Below are positions 33,572-47,563 of a DNA stretch of 64,000 bases, one piece after another (position 1 is the first letter of the stretch; each line of letters begins with the position of its first letter). Made by a program: the position numbers and the translations under genes. The DNA lies in the NCBI RefSeq assembly GCF_006345805.1, contig NC_043006.1, positions 86,304,001 to 86,368,000 of the forward strand, given 5' to 3'. The stretch is from Octopus sinensis (lineage: Eukaryota). The notes under the pieces were generated by a model. That model saw only the letters and a list, made by a program, of their open reading frames with translations, made no database searches and was not told where the DNA came from.

Positions 33572-33754
33572 TTCGTGTTATGCTTAGAAGCGATGCACTT
33601 TAATAGAATTTTTCGACTCGGTTGTTCTAGGTTGTTCTAGTGAACTCGAGTCGAAAAATTCTGGTAGAGGGTATAAGTACATCGTTTCTAAGTACAACGC
33701 AATATATTTTCAAAAAAGCTAAAGCTATCTACACACACACGCACAATATCATTT

Positions 33755-33785
<31 letters not shown>

Positions 33786-33787
33786 TA

Positions 33788-33833
<46 letters not shown>

Positions 33834-34469
33834 GTACACATACACAAACACACACATATACACTTGTGAATACATATATACTTATGCAGACACACACGTA
33901 CACACACACGTTTATATATACAAACACACAACCGAACATAACCATACTTACATTACGCATACACACAGCTACGATAGGATGGCCATTTAAAAGCTCGCCC
34001 TCAAAATGTTTCAGCCTTTTCTCTTACTCTCTATGTTTGCTAAAACTTTGAGATGTTTATATATTTCTATATCTTAACTACGATGTGATTTTCCACAGAT
34101 AAATTCCTTTATCGTAAATACGATGGGGGTATTTTATAGATAGAGTACTATAGTTTTTTAAAATCTTTGAGACGTTGCTTATAAATTTGTATATCTTAGC
34201 TATGCTGTTTCGACGCTGCTCTCAAAAATTTCATAAATTTCTATATCTTAGCTTTACTAGGTCCTTCCCCCAAAATCTAGATTTCTATACATAAATTCGT
34301 TCCCACGCTGGAATTTTGGCAAGCTTACCTGCCTGTTTCCTCCTCGTCCCCTTCTCTCTCGCCCCTCCTCTTCTAATGGGTTCTCAGTGCTGCTGTAAGT
34401 ATTCACACGAGAGGATGGTCATTTAACAGATCTCCCCCAAAATGTGTAAGCCTTTTCTATTATTATTAC

Positions 34470-34935
34470 CATTCAGTAGTTTAATTTTTATAACGTGCTT
34501 TCACTTCACTACTTGGGTATGTACTGTGATTTGTTGTGATGCTCTGATGGTTACTATATTGAAAGTGTTCTGCGTAGGATGTGTGCAGTGCCTAGTAATG
34601 CAATTTTCTGTATGTTATATGTGTTTGTAAGTCCTGGTGTTTTTGTTATGTATTTGTCTGAATATTTTTTTATCATGCCTAATGCACCTACTATGATAGG
34701 AATTGTTTCTGTTTTTAGATTCCACTTTCTAGTTACCTCTATTTCCAGGTCTTTGTATTTTCAAAGTTTCTCCATTTCTTTTAGAGACACGTTGTCATCT
34801 GCTGGTATTGATACATCAATGAGAAAGCATTTTTTCCTTCATGATCTCTGACAACTATATCTGGTCTGTTGGCCTTAATTTCTTTATCTGCGTGTATTGG
34901 CATATCCCAGAGTATGGTTGCTTTCTCGTTTTCTG
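34470..34935 (-). mobile_element. R4/Dong-like LINE 3' fragment (restriction-like endonuclease), flanked by TAA repeats
   Basis: Minus strand translates ENEKATILWDMPIHTDKEIKANRPDIVVRD...FLIDVSIP...KEMEKL*KYKDL...IPIIVGALG...LRRTLSI*; (TTA)n at about 34951-35038 and 34458-34468. Confidence 0.85.
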
Positions 34936-34961
34936 CGAGAACGCAACCATATTACTATTAC

Positions 34962-35037
<76 letters not shown>

Positions 35038-35790
35038 GTATTGTTTCTACTATATAAATCATATTTTCACAATGACTGTCTAGAAATATTGAACTCCACC
35101 CATTTTAGTGTAATATTGGTTATGTTCCAGCCTACCAGACCTATTCTTATTGCTAGCAGACTCATTCAACATCAGCTCTACTTTGGCAAACATTTAATAC
35201 TTTTCTTTGACAACTTTTCTGCTTCATTTCTAATTTATCAGTCTATTTATTCTTCAAGACCGTGCCAAACCGACTTTCTTCATGGTTCAGGCAGCAATTT
35301 ACCTCCATTTCTCTAAAACATCTCATCCTAATTTTTAATTATCCATTCCAGTCAATTGTATGATTGATTACAAAAGGCAACATCAACACAATATCAATGC
35401 TGAATTATTTGAAGACATTCTCAGTTTCTCCTTTCAATAAGTTTGTCAAGAGAGAAATACGCAGTGTTGCTCATAAAATTTGCAGGGCATCCCTAAACCG
35501 GCGAGATTGATGAAGTTAATTAATAGATTTGAATACGTGTTAAATGGTAGTTAGGTAAGTGTGGGTAGGAGAGAAATTCCAGAAGTTTGCAGTTCTTGAG
35601 AGGAAAAGACTCGAGAAAAAGTGTTTTATTTAGTGGAATCGGTGCTGGAAGGCAAGATAGAGTTAGGGCAAATGATGAAAATTGAATATGGTTATCTAGT
35701 TCAGAAGAACAGAGGATGTTGTATTGGAGCAAGGAAGAAGGAAAGAGAGAAAAGTAAGCTTGTGTTAAGTCAGTTATTTTAGTTTATTCG

Positions 35791-36280
35791 CTGTATGGTT
35801 CAGCTGCTCGCTTTATAACCACGTGCTTTCGGGTTCAGTCCCATTGCGCGGTACGTTTGGCAAGTGTTGTCTACTATAGCTCTGAGCCTACCAATATCTC
35901 GTAAATTTGGTAGATAGAAACTGAAAGAAGCCCGTCATATTTACATACATACATATACATACGCGCAAATGCACACACGCACATATACATACATACATAC
36001 ATACATACATACATACATACATGCACACATATACTTATATATAATATGCACATACATATATGCATATAATTATGTGTGCGTCTTTATGTTTGTTCTACCC
36101 CATTGCTTGACAACCGGTTTTGGCTTGTTTTCGTGCCCGTAATTTATCGCTTGAACAAAAGAGAAGAATAGAATAAGTACCAGACTTGAAAATAAGTACT
36201 GGGGTCGATTTATTTGACCAAACACTTCAAGGCGGTACTCCACAGTCCAATGACTAAAACAATTGATAGGTAAAAAAAGG
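35791..36280 (+). mobile_element. Diverged tRNA-derived SINE (OK-like)
   Basis: GGGTTCAGTCCCATTGCG, GGTAGATAGAAACTGAAAGAAGCCCG and AATAAGTACTGGGGTCGATTT motifs. Confidence 0.7.
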
Positions 36281-37061
36281 AAGAAATGAATCATTATCTA
36301 CAAGCGAGATGGTATTCCTTTAGTTATGGTTAACAATATCTGTGAGTAGGCCTGGTAGAAGCGCCATCTCTTATATACATATAATATATCATTGTATGTT
36401 AACGTGTAAGAGAAAGGTTTGGCTGGAACTGAAATCTAATGAAGAAATATGTTTAAAACCAAATTATTTTGGCTTCAACCTGTGTTGAAGCCAAAATTCT
36501 TCGTCGCTGGAGACATGTCTTGTCAAAATTTTAAACGACATAAATACAATGACAGAATCAGAAGCACGCCATGTTTTCAGTCTGTATTGACAAATTTCTT
36601 AGTCTTTAAGTAACTTGAACAACTTCCGCACATTTTATGATATGGCAACATACTATATAACGCTATGGTATATTATATATCATTTACAGTATACCATATA
36701 AGCACTGTGGTGTATGACATGGCATTGTGACATATATAACATTATAAATAGTAAATGTGTGTAGTTAAACATGCAAATACAGAAGAAATATCACCATGTA
36801 CATGTACACATGTTAAATATATAAATATTCTTTAGTGTCTTTTATGGATTTACCCCAATATATGTACAAGATAGGTTTTATTGTTTTCCGTATATGTAGA
36901 TGTTTAACTGTACTTATGTACACACATACACACACATACACACACATACACAGACAGACAAACAGACACACACACACACTCTCACAGAAATTTGTGTGTG
37001 TCTGTATGTGTGAGTGTATGTGTGCGTGTGTGTGTGTGTGAGAGTGTTTGTGTATATTCAT

Positions 37062-37449
37062 AGGAGCAGTCGTGGCTATTTGGTAGGAAGCTTGCTTCCT
37101 AGCGACATGGTTCCGGGTTCAGTCCCACTGCGTAGAACCTTGGACAAGCGTCGTCTACAATAGCCTCTGGCTGACTAAGATCCTGTGAGTGGATTTGGTA
37201 GACGGAAAACGAAAGAAAACCGTAGTATATATATATATGTATCATTGTGTGTGTGTCTTTGTGTCTGTATTTGTCCTCTACCCCATCGCTTGGCAATCAG
37301 TGTGTGCGTTTTTGCGTCCCCGTAACCTAGCGGTTCGGCAAAAGAAACCATTAGACTGAGTGCTAGGCTTAAAATGTAAGTACTAGGGACGATTAATTCA
37401 TTCCACTAAAAATTCAAGGCGGCACCCCAGCTGAAGCAAGTAAAAAAAG
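37062..37449 (+). mobile_element. tRNA-derived SINE (OK-like)
   Basis: CATGGTTCCGGGTTCAGTCCCACTGCG...GTGAGTGGATTTGGTAGACGGAAA.... Confidence 0.8.
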
Positions 37450-37519
37450 AAGACACACACACATACGTACATGTATGCTTGTGTGTTTGTATGTATATAC
37501 ACAAGCACACCCACAGACA

Positions 37520-37585
<66 letters not shown>

Positions 37586-38158
37586 GCTGACACGTGACGA
37601 GAGAGAATCCCTCTTTCCGACTACTACCTTCACAAAAGCTAAACGGGCTTATCCTGCCTCTTCATAAGCTCGTCTCCTTAAGCGTTCAGAATAATTTTTC
37701 CATCGTCTTGGCTTAACAGTCCTCATCGATTGATTTTACTGTTTTGTTCTCAATGTCCTGTTCTTGTTACCACTTTCACTTTCCGCAAAAAGTCCCAAAT
37801 TTTATTTATTTGCTTCGCGGGAAGGATTGTTTCAACAAAGTCGCGTCTTGTCCTTACCTTCGAAAAGGCAGAATAGATGAAACAGGGACAACTGAAGAAG
37901 GGGAATATTCTTTGTTGTATGTCTCGTTTCTCTGTTTTTTTTTCGTTGTTTGAAAAAATGTTCGTTTCTATGTTTTTGTTTTTAAGTTTTCGTTTCTCAT
38001 TGTGTTCAACGGTTTTTTGATGTCCTGTACCCATATATGCATGTATATATACATATATATGTAGGTATGTACATATATGTATGTATATATGCATATATTT
38101 ATATATTATTTATATTATTATATGATCGAACGCCCCGCATCCTTTTCCAAGTAAGTTT

Positions 38159-38190
<32 letters not shown>

Positions 38191-38693
38191 ATATATCTTT
38201 TGCAAGATTTTTGATGTGAAATCGTGTGTTGAAACAGATATTGCTGTATTTAGGAATGGTCATTTTGTCAGTGTAGCCAATAAAAACACACGCACTATAT
38301 ATTTGGTGTTACTTTGCTTCAGCGTTATTTATTTTTTACATTAATTTTAATCTTATTTTGGCCAGAGTTCTTTCGTCACACTCCTGTTACCTCATCAGTG
38401 ATCCTTTGCTTTCTTCTTTCTTATTTGTGTGTCTCTCCTTACTAACGGTCAGCCATTTTGTATTTTGTATTCCTATTGTATGTGTCTTCATTTGCGCATG
38501 CGTATACCTCTGTGTGTGTCTATGTTTAGTTATTCTGTGTGTGGGGAAGTGCCACACACACACTAACTGAACATTGACGTATATATATATATACATATAT
38601 ATGTATTTATATATATCTATGTACATATATATATACATATATGTATATGTGTGTGTATATATATTTGTATAGGCATGCGCGTACATACATACA

Positions 38694-38735
<42 letters not shown>

Positions 38736-38793
38736 CATACATACAAACATACATACATGCATACATAGACACATGCATACATACACGCATATA

Positions 38794-38829
<36 letters not shown>

Positions 38830-38882
38830 TGCATACATTTATACATGCGTACGTAAATATATGTGTATATATATGTATGTAT

Positions 38883-39218
38883 GATGGCTCAGTGGTTAGA
38901 ACGTCGAGCTTACGATCGTGAGGTTGTGAGCTCGAATCCCGGACCGGGCTGCGTGTTGTGTTCTTGAGCAAAGCACTTTATTTCACGTTGCTCCAGTTCA
39001 CTCAGCTGTAGAAATGAGTTGCGACGTCACAGGTGCCAAGCTGTATCGACCTTTGTCTTTCCCTTGGATAACACTGGAGGCGTGGAGAGGGGAGGCTGGT
39101 ATGCATGGGCGACTGCTGGTCTTCCATAAACAACCTTGCCCAGACTTGTGTCTAGGAGGGTAACTTTCTAGGTGCAATCCCATGGTCATTCATGACCGAA
39201 GGGGGTCTTTACTTTACT
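38883..39218 (+). mobile_element. tRNA-derived SINE with a CORE-like central domain
   Basis: A-box TGGCTCAGTGG, B-box-like GCTCGAATCCC, then TTGAGCAAAGCACTT...CACTCAGCTGTAGAAATGAG; ends in ACTTT repeats. Confidence 0.75.
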
Positions 39219-39238
39219 TATGTATGAATGTATGTATG

Positions 39239-39269
<31 letters not shown>

Positions 39270-39452
39270 ATTTCTGCAGTGAGATATTTGTTGCATATTA
39301 AACAAAAAGAAATTTTGAATAACGAAGGTTTTCCAATATGTGAGAGATAATTCTTAGTTGAAAAGAATGAAGGATAGCATGTATGTGTATATGCATGTGT
39401 ATATTTTATTATGTACACATCTATATCTCTGCATATGCATGTCTATATTACA

Positions 39453-39532
<80 letters not shown>

Positions 39533-40403
39533 CACGCGTGTGAGCATGTGACCGTGTGTGTATGTACTTTTTTCTGTATGTATATAAGTGTATATCGCTG
39601 TGCATGCCTGTGTGTGTATATGTATGTGCGCAAGTGACGGCGCGTGGTTTATTGATATTCATATACAAACATTTTATAAGTTCATTTTATAGATATATTT
39701 ATGTATGTATATGCATATATATGTATGTGTATATTAAAGAGCGGGAAGACCTGTCAAGTAACTCAGAATAGATAAAGGTAAGCTTGCCAAAGTTTAATGC
39801 AGTTTAGATATGGAGATTAAGATTGTTTGTTATTGGATATTCATCGCGTACAGCATTTCTAGTCAATTTAATCACCGTCGCAGGTGGACAGTCGAAATAA
39901 ATAGACAAAATCCTTTCACTTTTATAATATTCTCTAACCAAGTAATAATACACAATTACAACATATAAATAAATAATAAATAAAAAATGTGAAAACCACT
40001 AAATCTAATGCCAATAAACGACTATATAGATTAAAAAAGTATGGAAGACTTTACATATAAAAAAACTCTGTACATACAACGAATTAGAGAAAGACCCGTG
40101 TAAACCACAATTTTTCCCGGTTTGTCCATTTACTCAAGAGCTTTGAGCAAAATATACCTTGATCATCAGCTGATCTTGGCATGCTATACCTCTTTGGAAA
40201 GCTCTATGTCTAAGCTACAATATGAAAATTTCAGCTCTCTAGATCTGTTTTTAAGTTCTTTAGAGCCCAAAAAACCAAACCGAAGCTAAATTCATATGAT
40301 AAAAGTTAGCGGTTCGCTGATGATTTTTTTATCTGTTTAGCGGTTTAGCTTTTGTGAAGCTAATCGTTTCAGTTAGCGGATTAGCTGTGCCCACCACTGT
40401 ATG

Positions 40404-40436
<33 letters not shown>

Positions 40437-40765
40437 TTGTGTGTGTGTATGTATGTGTATGTGATGGCTGCACTTTTCCTTGCGGAAAATAACAGCCGAA
40501 ACTGAATTTAGTACATGGGTAAATATTTATTTCGTATATTTTTCACTTGTTTATTGTTTTGGTTTTGTGTTGAGTTTGATCTGAGAACATAGACTTTTTG
40601 TGGAGAATGGCGATTTGACGTCTATATCTAGCATGTTGACTGTCCACTTTTCGTGTTCAGTCCTTAATTGGTATATATAAATATTTAATCTTCGGATTCT
40701 TTCTTTAATATGCTAGACCACTGGTTCTAATTGATAAATATCAATTTTTACCCTAAATTTAATGT

Positions 40766-40801
<36 letters not shown>

Positions 40802-40817
40802 ATATATATATGTATAT

Positions 40818-40889
<72 letters not shown>

Positions 40890-41344
40890 GTAATATATAT
40901 ATATATGATTTTGATTTTTGATTTTTGATTTTTCCAGTTTCAGCTAATGAGCTGTGGCCATGCTGGGGCACCGCTATTTGGTTTGCTACACGATTTTACC
41001 TCACGGATGCTTTTTAGCAAACGCCATCTGATGCATGAGAGAGTTGTACCTCAGAGGGTAATATATATATATATAATTATAAGATGTAAGGATCAGTTTA
41101 TTTATATGTAGCTATGTGTAGAATATTAACTGAAACTATCTTTAATACGTGTAAGTTGAGTAACAAATTTGTTTGTAGATGGAAAAGATTGACAATGACT
41201 TTTAAGGTTTTTGCAGGTTGTGTCCCTGTTAATCTGACGAAGTACAACTGGCAAAACTACGAATTCACACCCAAACTTTTCTTCGCGCGCGCGCACACAC
41301 ACATGCACGCACACACACACATGCACGCACACACACACACATAT

Positions 41345-41550
41345 AGGCGCAGGAGTGGCTGTGTGGTAAGTAGCTTGCTTACCAACCACATGGTTCCAGG
41401 TACATTTCAACTACGTGGCACCTTGGGCAAATGTCTTCTACTATAGCCTCGGGCCGACCAAAGCCTTGTGAGTGGATTTGGTAGACGGAAACTGAAAGAA
41501 GCCCGTCATATATATGTATATATGTGTGTGTGTATAGGTTTGTGTGTCAG
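41345..41550 (+). mobile_element. tRNA-derived SINE (OK-like), 5' part
   Basis: AGGCGCAGGAGTGGCTGTGTGGTAAGTAGCTTGCTTACCAACCACATGGTTCC.... Confidence 0.85.
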
Positions 41551-42075
41551 GTCACTTTCGAGTGCTACTGGTAACATGTAACCCAGTACAACCTGTTGCA
41601 TGGTTGGGTCGTTGGCGATTAAACCGGCAACCCCACCAAGCTTGTTTGGTGAGGAGGGTGTTTATTGGATGAAAAACAAAACCCGTCAAAGGGCGGAGGA
41701 ACTCTTGAGAGTCAACGGCCATCCAATAAATGTCTTAAGGCTATATCATGCGCGGGGACATAGAAATAATCGGACTCAATACCCGATCGCGCGGTTAAAC
41801 CATTGGGAGTGAAGGACTCCCAGCCTTTGTTAGGGCATCCTTCTAGGAGAAGGTAACTCAGGTAACTGGGATAACTCCGACATAAAACCTGCGGCTCAGT
41901 GGTTACCGATGATGTTGACTTGTTCTTCATTTCGGATTATGGTTGCTGTTGCTTAGTGAGTGGGATTGACTCAGTGCACAGCCTTTCCTCACTTAAAAAA
42001 AATCTTCTTGCACAGGCATTGCACTATAACAACATTGATTAAGCTTCGTGCAGTAGCCATACTCAATAACGAGGG
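41551..42075 (+). mobile_element. Probable RTE-type LINE 5' UTR fragment inserted into or after the SINE
   Basis: GC-richer island with hairpins (TGGGAGT-GAAGG-ACTCCCA; CCTTCT-AGG-AGAAGG) recalling RTE leaders; a SINE tail resumes near 42141. Confidence 0.35.
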
Positions 42076-42456
42076 GGCAGCCACCATTATGTATGGATTA
42101 TGTATATGTATATGCGCCTGTATCCATATGTATACAGGCAAGTATGACTGAAACAAGTAAAAGGTAAAACATCATATATATATATGTATATATATATATA
42201 ATAATTATTTGAGGGAATATTATTCCTAACTTACAGGGAAAAATTCAATTTAGAAATACTAAACCAAATTTCACAAAATACAATATATATATACAAATTA
42301 GAAAAAAACCCCACCTTTTATCAATTCAAAATGAACAATTAAATTGCACCATCTAGAAAATTACATATAATAGAAATATTAAAAATAAATTAACAATAAT
42401 ATACCGATGATTAAGTAAATTGCAAAATAAAATAAAAACGTATATATTTGGTAGAA

Positions 42457-42558
42457 TAACGGCACGTGTTTCGTGGCTATATTTAAGAAATGATTATAGT
42501 AAAAGAATTAATAGCAGTAGTAAAATCACTTCGATATAAATAGCCACTCACCAGGTTA
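42457..42558 (-). ncRNA. Degenerate hammerhead motif (two core substitutions)
   Basis: UAAC-CUGGUGA-GUGGCUAU...AUAGCCAC-GAAAC-ACGU-GCC-GUUA; homologous to 55506-55611. Confidence 0.6.
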
Positions 42559-42635
42559 AAAATAAACTTAAATAATAAAATAATTAATTAATAAATATAC
42601 GTAAAAAATCTTTTAAAATACAAATATATTCTTTA

Positions 42636-42668
<33 letters not shown>

Positions 42669-42709
42669 TATACATATATACATATATTATATAATATATA
42701 TTATATATA

Positions 42710-42740
<31 letters not shown>

Positions 42741-44381
42741 ATATAATATATATATATATATATAAGATACTAAGTATACATTAAGTGAAAAACAAAGACA
42801 ATACTTAAATTATACAATACTTTAGAATTAATTAATATACACAATGCTAGTACAATCCATTAATATTGTAATCAAAATAAAAAATGGTTCAAATATAGAC
42901 AAACTCATTATATAAGCTAACTATATAATTAATATATATGTGTAGTATCTATAGATTTAATATATCACTCAATAATATAGTTGACTAAATATCAATTAAT
43001 ATAGTACCTTATCTTAAATTTAATACTAATAAATATACCACCTAATTATTAAGTAATATATTGCCTAGCAAAATTAATTCTTAAATCAAATTAAATGTAA
43101 CACGTTAGATCACTTTATAAAAAAATAATAAATCATTCTACATAAATAGTTATAATAATTAATATCTATCGTAACGTATAACTATCAATATATATAAAAA
43201 TGATATAATGGCGAAAATTACTTACTAATGGAAAGTGAGGAACTTTCAAGCCCCATAAATTAAAGAAAGGTGCAAAAATATTAGAACGAATGAACAATAC
43301 ACTATGAATATATTCAACCACAACCGACAATCCACTACAAATCCAGTCAATAACAATAATGATAATAAAAACGATCAAACTCATAATAATACAAGATCCA
43401 AATAATATTGATAAGCAAACTATGATACGAAGATCAACGATTAAATTAATCTATCTGGATTTTAAATGTATAAAAATATATCTTTTAGCGTCTTATTAAT
43501 CTACCCAATGCTATTACTAGACATGAATAATACAATCAAAAATAGGAAATAGTTCAAATATACACAAATCCATTATATAAACTAACTATTTTATTAATAT
43601 CTATGTGTAATATCTATAGATTTAATTTCAATAAAATGTAACTTAACTTGCTGAAGGAAAACTGTAACTGAACTTCAAACGTAAAAAAAATAAAAAAATA
43701 GTTAATAGCGTTTATAAAATTTAACGTGTGAAGACATAGTGCAAACATATAGAATAAATTCTCAATGAAAATGGCAAACCTTTTTATCAATGAAAAATAC
43801 GAAAAAAAACAAACAAACGAAAAAACATTTAAGCCTCATGAACTAAAGAAAGGCGAGAAAAAATGCAACTTATGGAGAAACTACTATGAAGACACCCAAC
43901 TACAACTAAGACACCCAACTACAACTAACAGACACCTATTAATAATTCAATAACAATATCAACAACAACTAATTATTAATCCAAATACAATACAAAATCC
44001 AAACAAAATTGAGAAAAAAACGTTGCTTAGTTAGTTGAGAAAATATCACTAGATTATAAACGTAAAAGAATAGTTCTTAGCGTTTATAAGAAATAAAACT
44101 CGTGGAGACGTTGCATAAAAAAATAGAATAAAGTATTAATGAAAATGACTAAAAAGATTTATTAATGAAAAATAAGGAAAATATTTAAGCTTCACGAATC
44201 AAAGAACATTAATAAAAATAGGAAAACAAGAATTACTTGTTCATCAAAACTAGCCAAACCCTACATCAAACTGTACGCGATTATTCTACTAAATATATAA
44301 GTTTTTATTTTTAATATTTCTATTACATAATTTTCTAGATGGTGTAATTAAATTGTTCATTTTGAATTGATAAACGGTGTT

Positions 44382-44446
<65 letters not shown>

Positions 44447-44706
44447 TATGTATATATATATAGATATGTCTCTCTCTCTCTCTCTATATATATATGTATG
44501 TATATATATGTACACACACACACACACACACACACATATTATATATATATATATAATTATTTATATCATTTTTTGATTGAACGCTACGCATCCATATCCA
44601 AGTAAGTTTATCTTAATGCTTTTAATGAGACTCTACTCTATACTGTTTTCTCCCCCTATCGTTCCCTCTCTCATCCTTTCTCTAATTCCGTTTTTTCCCC
44701 CCTTAT

Positions 44707-44920
44707 AAGGCGGTGGGCTAGCAGAATCGTTACTATGCCGGGCAAAATGCTTTGCGACATATCACCCGTCTTCACGTTCTACATTCAAATTCCACCGACG
44801 TCGACCCTTCACTTTTATTATTTAGGAGTCGATAAAATAAGCATAAGTCAAGCACTTGGGTCGATGTAACCGATTCACTCCCTCCCCCGAAATTGCTGGC
44901 CCTGTGCCAAAATTTGAACT
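44707..44920 (+). mobile_element. Second octopus-type SINE family (GGCGGTGAGCTGGCAGAATCG-type head), diverged
   Basis: AAGGCGGTGGGCTAGCAGAATCGTTA...TTCAAATTCCACCGACGTCGAC; homologous to 53351-53797 and 59928-60132. Confidence 0.7.
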
Positions 44921-45249
44921 CATAATCCTACTTGTATATAAAGCGGCGTGTTGCCAGAATCCTTTGTATACCGAATAAAATGCATCTTCAACTTTTGGGA
45001 TAAAATTCCGTTGAGGTCGACTTTGCCTTTCATCATTTCGGCCTCGGTACAATAAGTAGCATTTGAGGACTGGGGGTGATATAATCGACTTACTCCTCTG
45101 AAATTACTAGCTTTGTAAGCCATTTTTGTACATATATAGCCTTTGAAGCCATTTTTATACATGTATATACACAAACGCATTTATAAGCCTTCGAAGCCAT
45201 TTTTATACATGCATATACACAAACGCATTTATAAGCTACACACACACAC

Positions 45250-45320
<71 letters not shown>

Positions 45321-45614
45321 TGTTTATTAATAATTTAAAAGTACACAACATTTCAATATACTCTGGTTTCACTGTTTGTTTTTATAGATTTACAAATATA
45401 TATATCAGAAATATTAAATTTCTAAATATCTCATAGAGATATGTACGGTGGTGGGGCGATAGAATAGTTGTATACTGTCAATCTAACGTGAACGTGACAG
45501 TAGGGGATTACCTCACCGCTGTTTAGCCCTAGGCTTTCTGATGGCTTCGACACATTTTTTCCTGTGTCCTTATATATTTACGAAGGGGAGACAAACACCC
45601 CCAGCAGCCATATA

Positions 45615-45928
45615 TTCTTTTATTCTTTTATTCTTTTACTTGTTTCAGTCATTTGACTGCGGCCATGCTAGGGCACTGCCTTTAATCGACGAAATCGATC
45701 CCAGGACTTATTCTTTGTAAACCTAGTACTTATTCTATCGGTCTCTTTTGCCGAACTGCTAAGTTAGGGTACTTAAACACACCAGCATCGGTTATCAAGC
45801 GATGGTGCGGAGACAAACACAGACACATAAATACACACACATATATATATCTCGGCCCAAGGCTATAGTAGAAGACACTTGCCCAAGGTGCTACGGAGTG
45901 GGGCTGAATCCGGATAGCCACTCCTGCA
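45615..45928 (-). mobile_element. tRNA-derived SINE (OK-like)
   Basis: CTTTTACTTGTTTCAGTCATTTGACTGCGGCCATGC...GGCTATAGTAGAAGACACTTGCCCAAGGTG. Confidence 0.8.
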
Positions 45929-47412
45929 TATGTATGTGTGAGTGTGTGTTTGTGCGCATGCGTATATGTGTGTACATATGTCATGTTATAGTTATATATG
46001 TTATTCAAATACATTCGTACTTACAGTTTTATTTTTATAATTTTCTGTTTACAATTTTATATTTTACCAAATATCAAAGTGTTTCATCACGCACATTTTG
46101 ATCACTGATACTTATGTATTTATGATTACATATCTGACAGTCCACTCCAGACACAGTGATATAGGGTAAGGTAGGGTACCTGCGATTACCTCATAAATAT
46201 ACAATGAAAAAATTTAGTACAGATTTTTGACAAGTTTCTATTTCTTTTACATTTTTGTAACCAATTTTACTATAACAAGTTTCATTATATTATAAGTTAG
46301 AAAATGTTACAAATTTTAGTACTTCACAAAAGTTTACGTATATATTTAACATACATATACCACATTCAGGTATTAGTAAACCAGTCTGCTTTGCTTTGGC
46401 AACATTTTATATCAAAAATTTACTGTAAATTTCTGTGACAAGTTTAACTATCCTATAAATATTGCAGATATGCTTTTTGATGGCTTGTTGCACAAATATT
46501 ACATATATTAGCCTTCTTTTGACATATTACAAAACGTATGTCGCTGTAGATCACCTTGATATACTGTAGTACGATAAGAAACAAACTGCACCAGTTGATT
46601 CCTTTTACAACCAGCTTCCAATTAGTAATTTTTTTTCCTCTTTTGTTTGGCTATTTGAATGACTCAGCAATATATCAAATCATCTCAGTCATGTATACGT
46701 ACATATCCACTCACTGATAATAACAGTGGAGGTGTCATACACGTGTAAACTGCCTTCTACATTATTTAAATAACAACAACAACAACAACAACAGTAGCTG
46801 CTGCAACAACAACAATAATAGCAACAGTAGCAACAACAACGACGAAGAATAATCGGCAACAAATTCTTGCAAGTTCATAAAATGTCACGTTAATAGCATT
46901 TTAGTAAGTCCACCCTTACTCTGTTCCCATGGTGATATATTTCTCGAAATACAGAGTCAGATAAAATATACAGAATGGCCTGCAGCTGGGAGAGAAAATA
47001 CAGAAATAACGGAAGATTACAAGAGATCACACCATGCTGCAAAATCTGACAAGGCCAATAATATTGATTAACAAGAGAATCAATAATTCCATTGACGGCA
47101 AACCTAGATTCTCCCTCAAGGTAAAACCGTTTCCATTTGTCTTACACAAATAAAAAGAAGTATATTGTAAAAATAGACGTGGCTGGGTGTTTGAGGTGAT
47201 GATATTACTGTTACTCTTAGTAATAGTAATATTAGTAGTAGCTATAGTATTAGTAGTTGTGAAAAGGGTAGCTTTCTCCCTAGGGCTTAATACAAGGTGC
47301 ACGGAAGCTTAACACAAGTTCTATTAATTTTCAGAGAGACAGAAAGGAAGTTGTGACTTTCATACCTTTTCGAGAAGAAATACATATAAACTATGTATTG
47401 ACACTCATTAAA

Positions 47413-47531
<119 letters not shown>

Positions 47532-47563
47532 TTATCTCTCTCTCTCTATATATATTATATATA

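Noticed and set aside
36466-36497. Perfect 14-bp hairpin (ATTTTGGCTTCAAC-CTGT-GTTGAAGCCAAAAT) as a Helitron end or terminator
   Set aside because: No CTRR terminus downstream, and intrinsic terminators are not relevant here; context is insufficient.
37855-37915. Type II hammerhead from CCTTCGAAA...CTGAAGAAGG (related segment near 21190-21235)
   Set aside because: No stem III/UH cleavage site or stem I could be formed in the required order.
38883-38960. tRNA gene
   Set aside because: A and B boxes are present, but the sequence continues into a SINE body and lacks a proper acceptor stem.
40300-40400. GTTAGCGG repeats ending in ...GTGCCCACCACTG as a hAT-type terminus
   Set aside because: Only one end is seen; no partner TIR or 8-bp TSD was found.
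41580-41900. HDV-like ribozyme in the putative RTE 5' UTR
   Set aside because: Several hairpins are present, but I could not assemble the nested double pseudoknot by eye; it needs an RNArobo or Infernal search.
43640-44240. Two diverged ~390-bp AT-rich repeats with CTGAAGG...CAAACGT as a hammerhead relic
   Set aside because: Both core halves are mutated and the stems are unconvincing.
45139-45237. 48-bp tandem duplication, and the degenerate GTTAACTG minisatellite at 61415-61530
   Set aside because: Ordinary local slippage products with no further structure.
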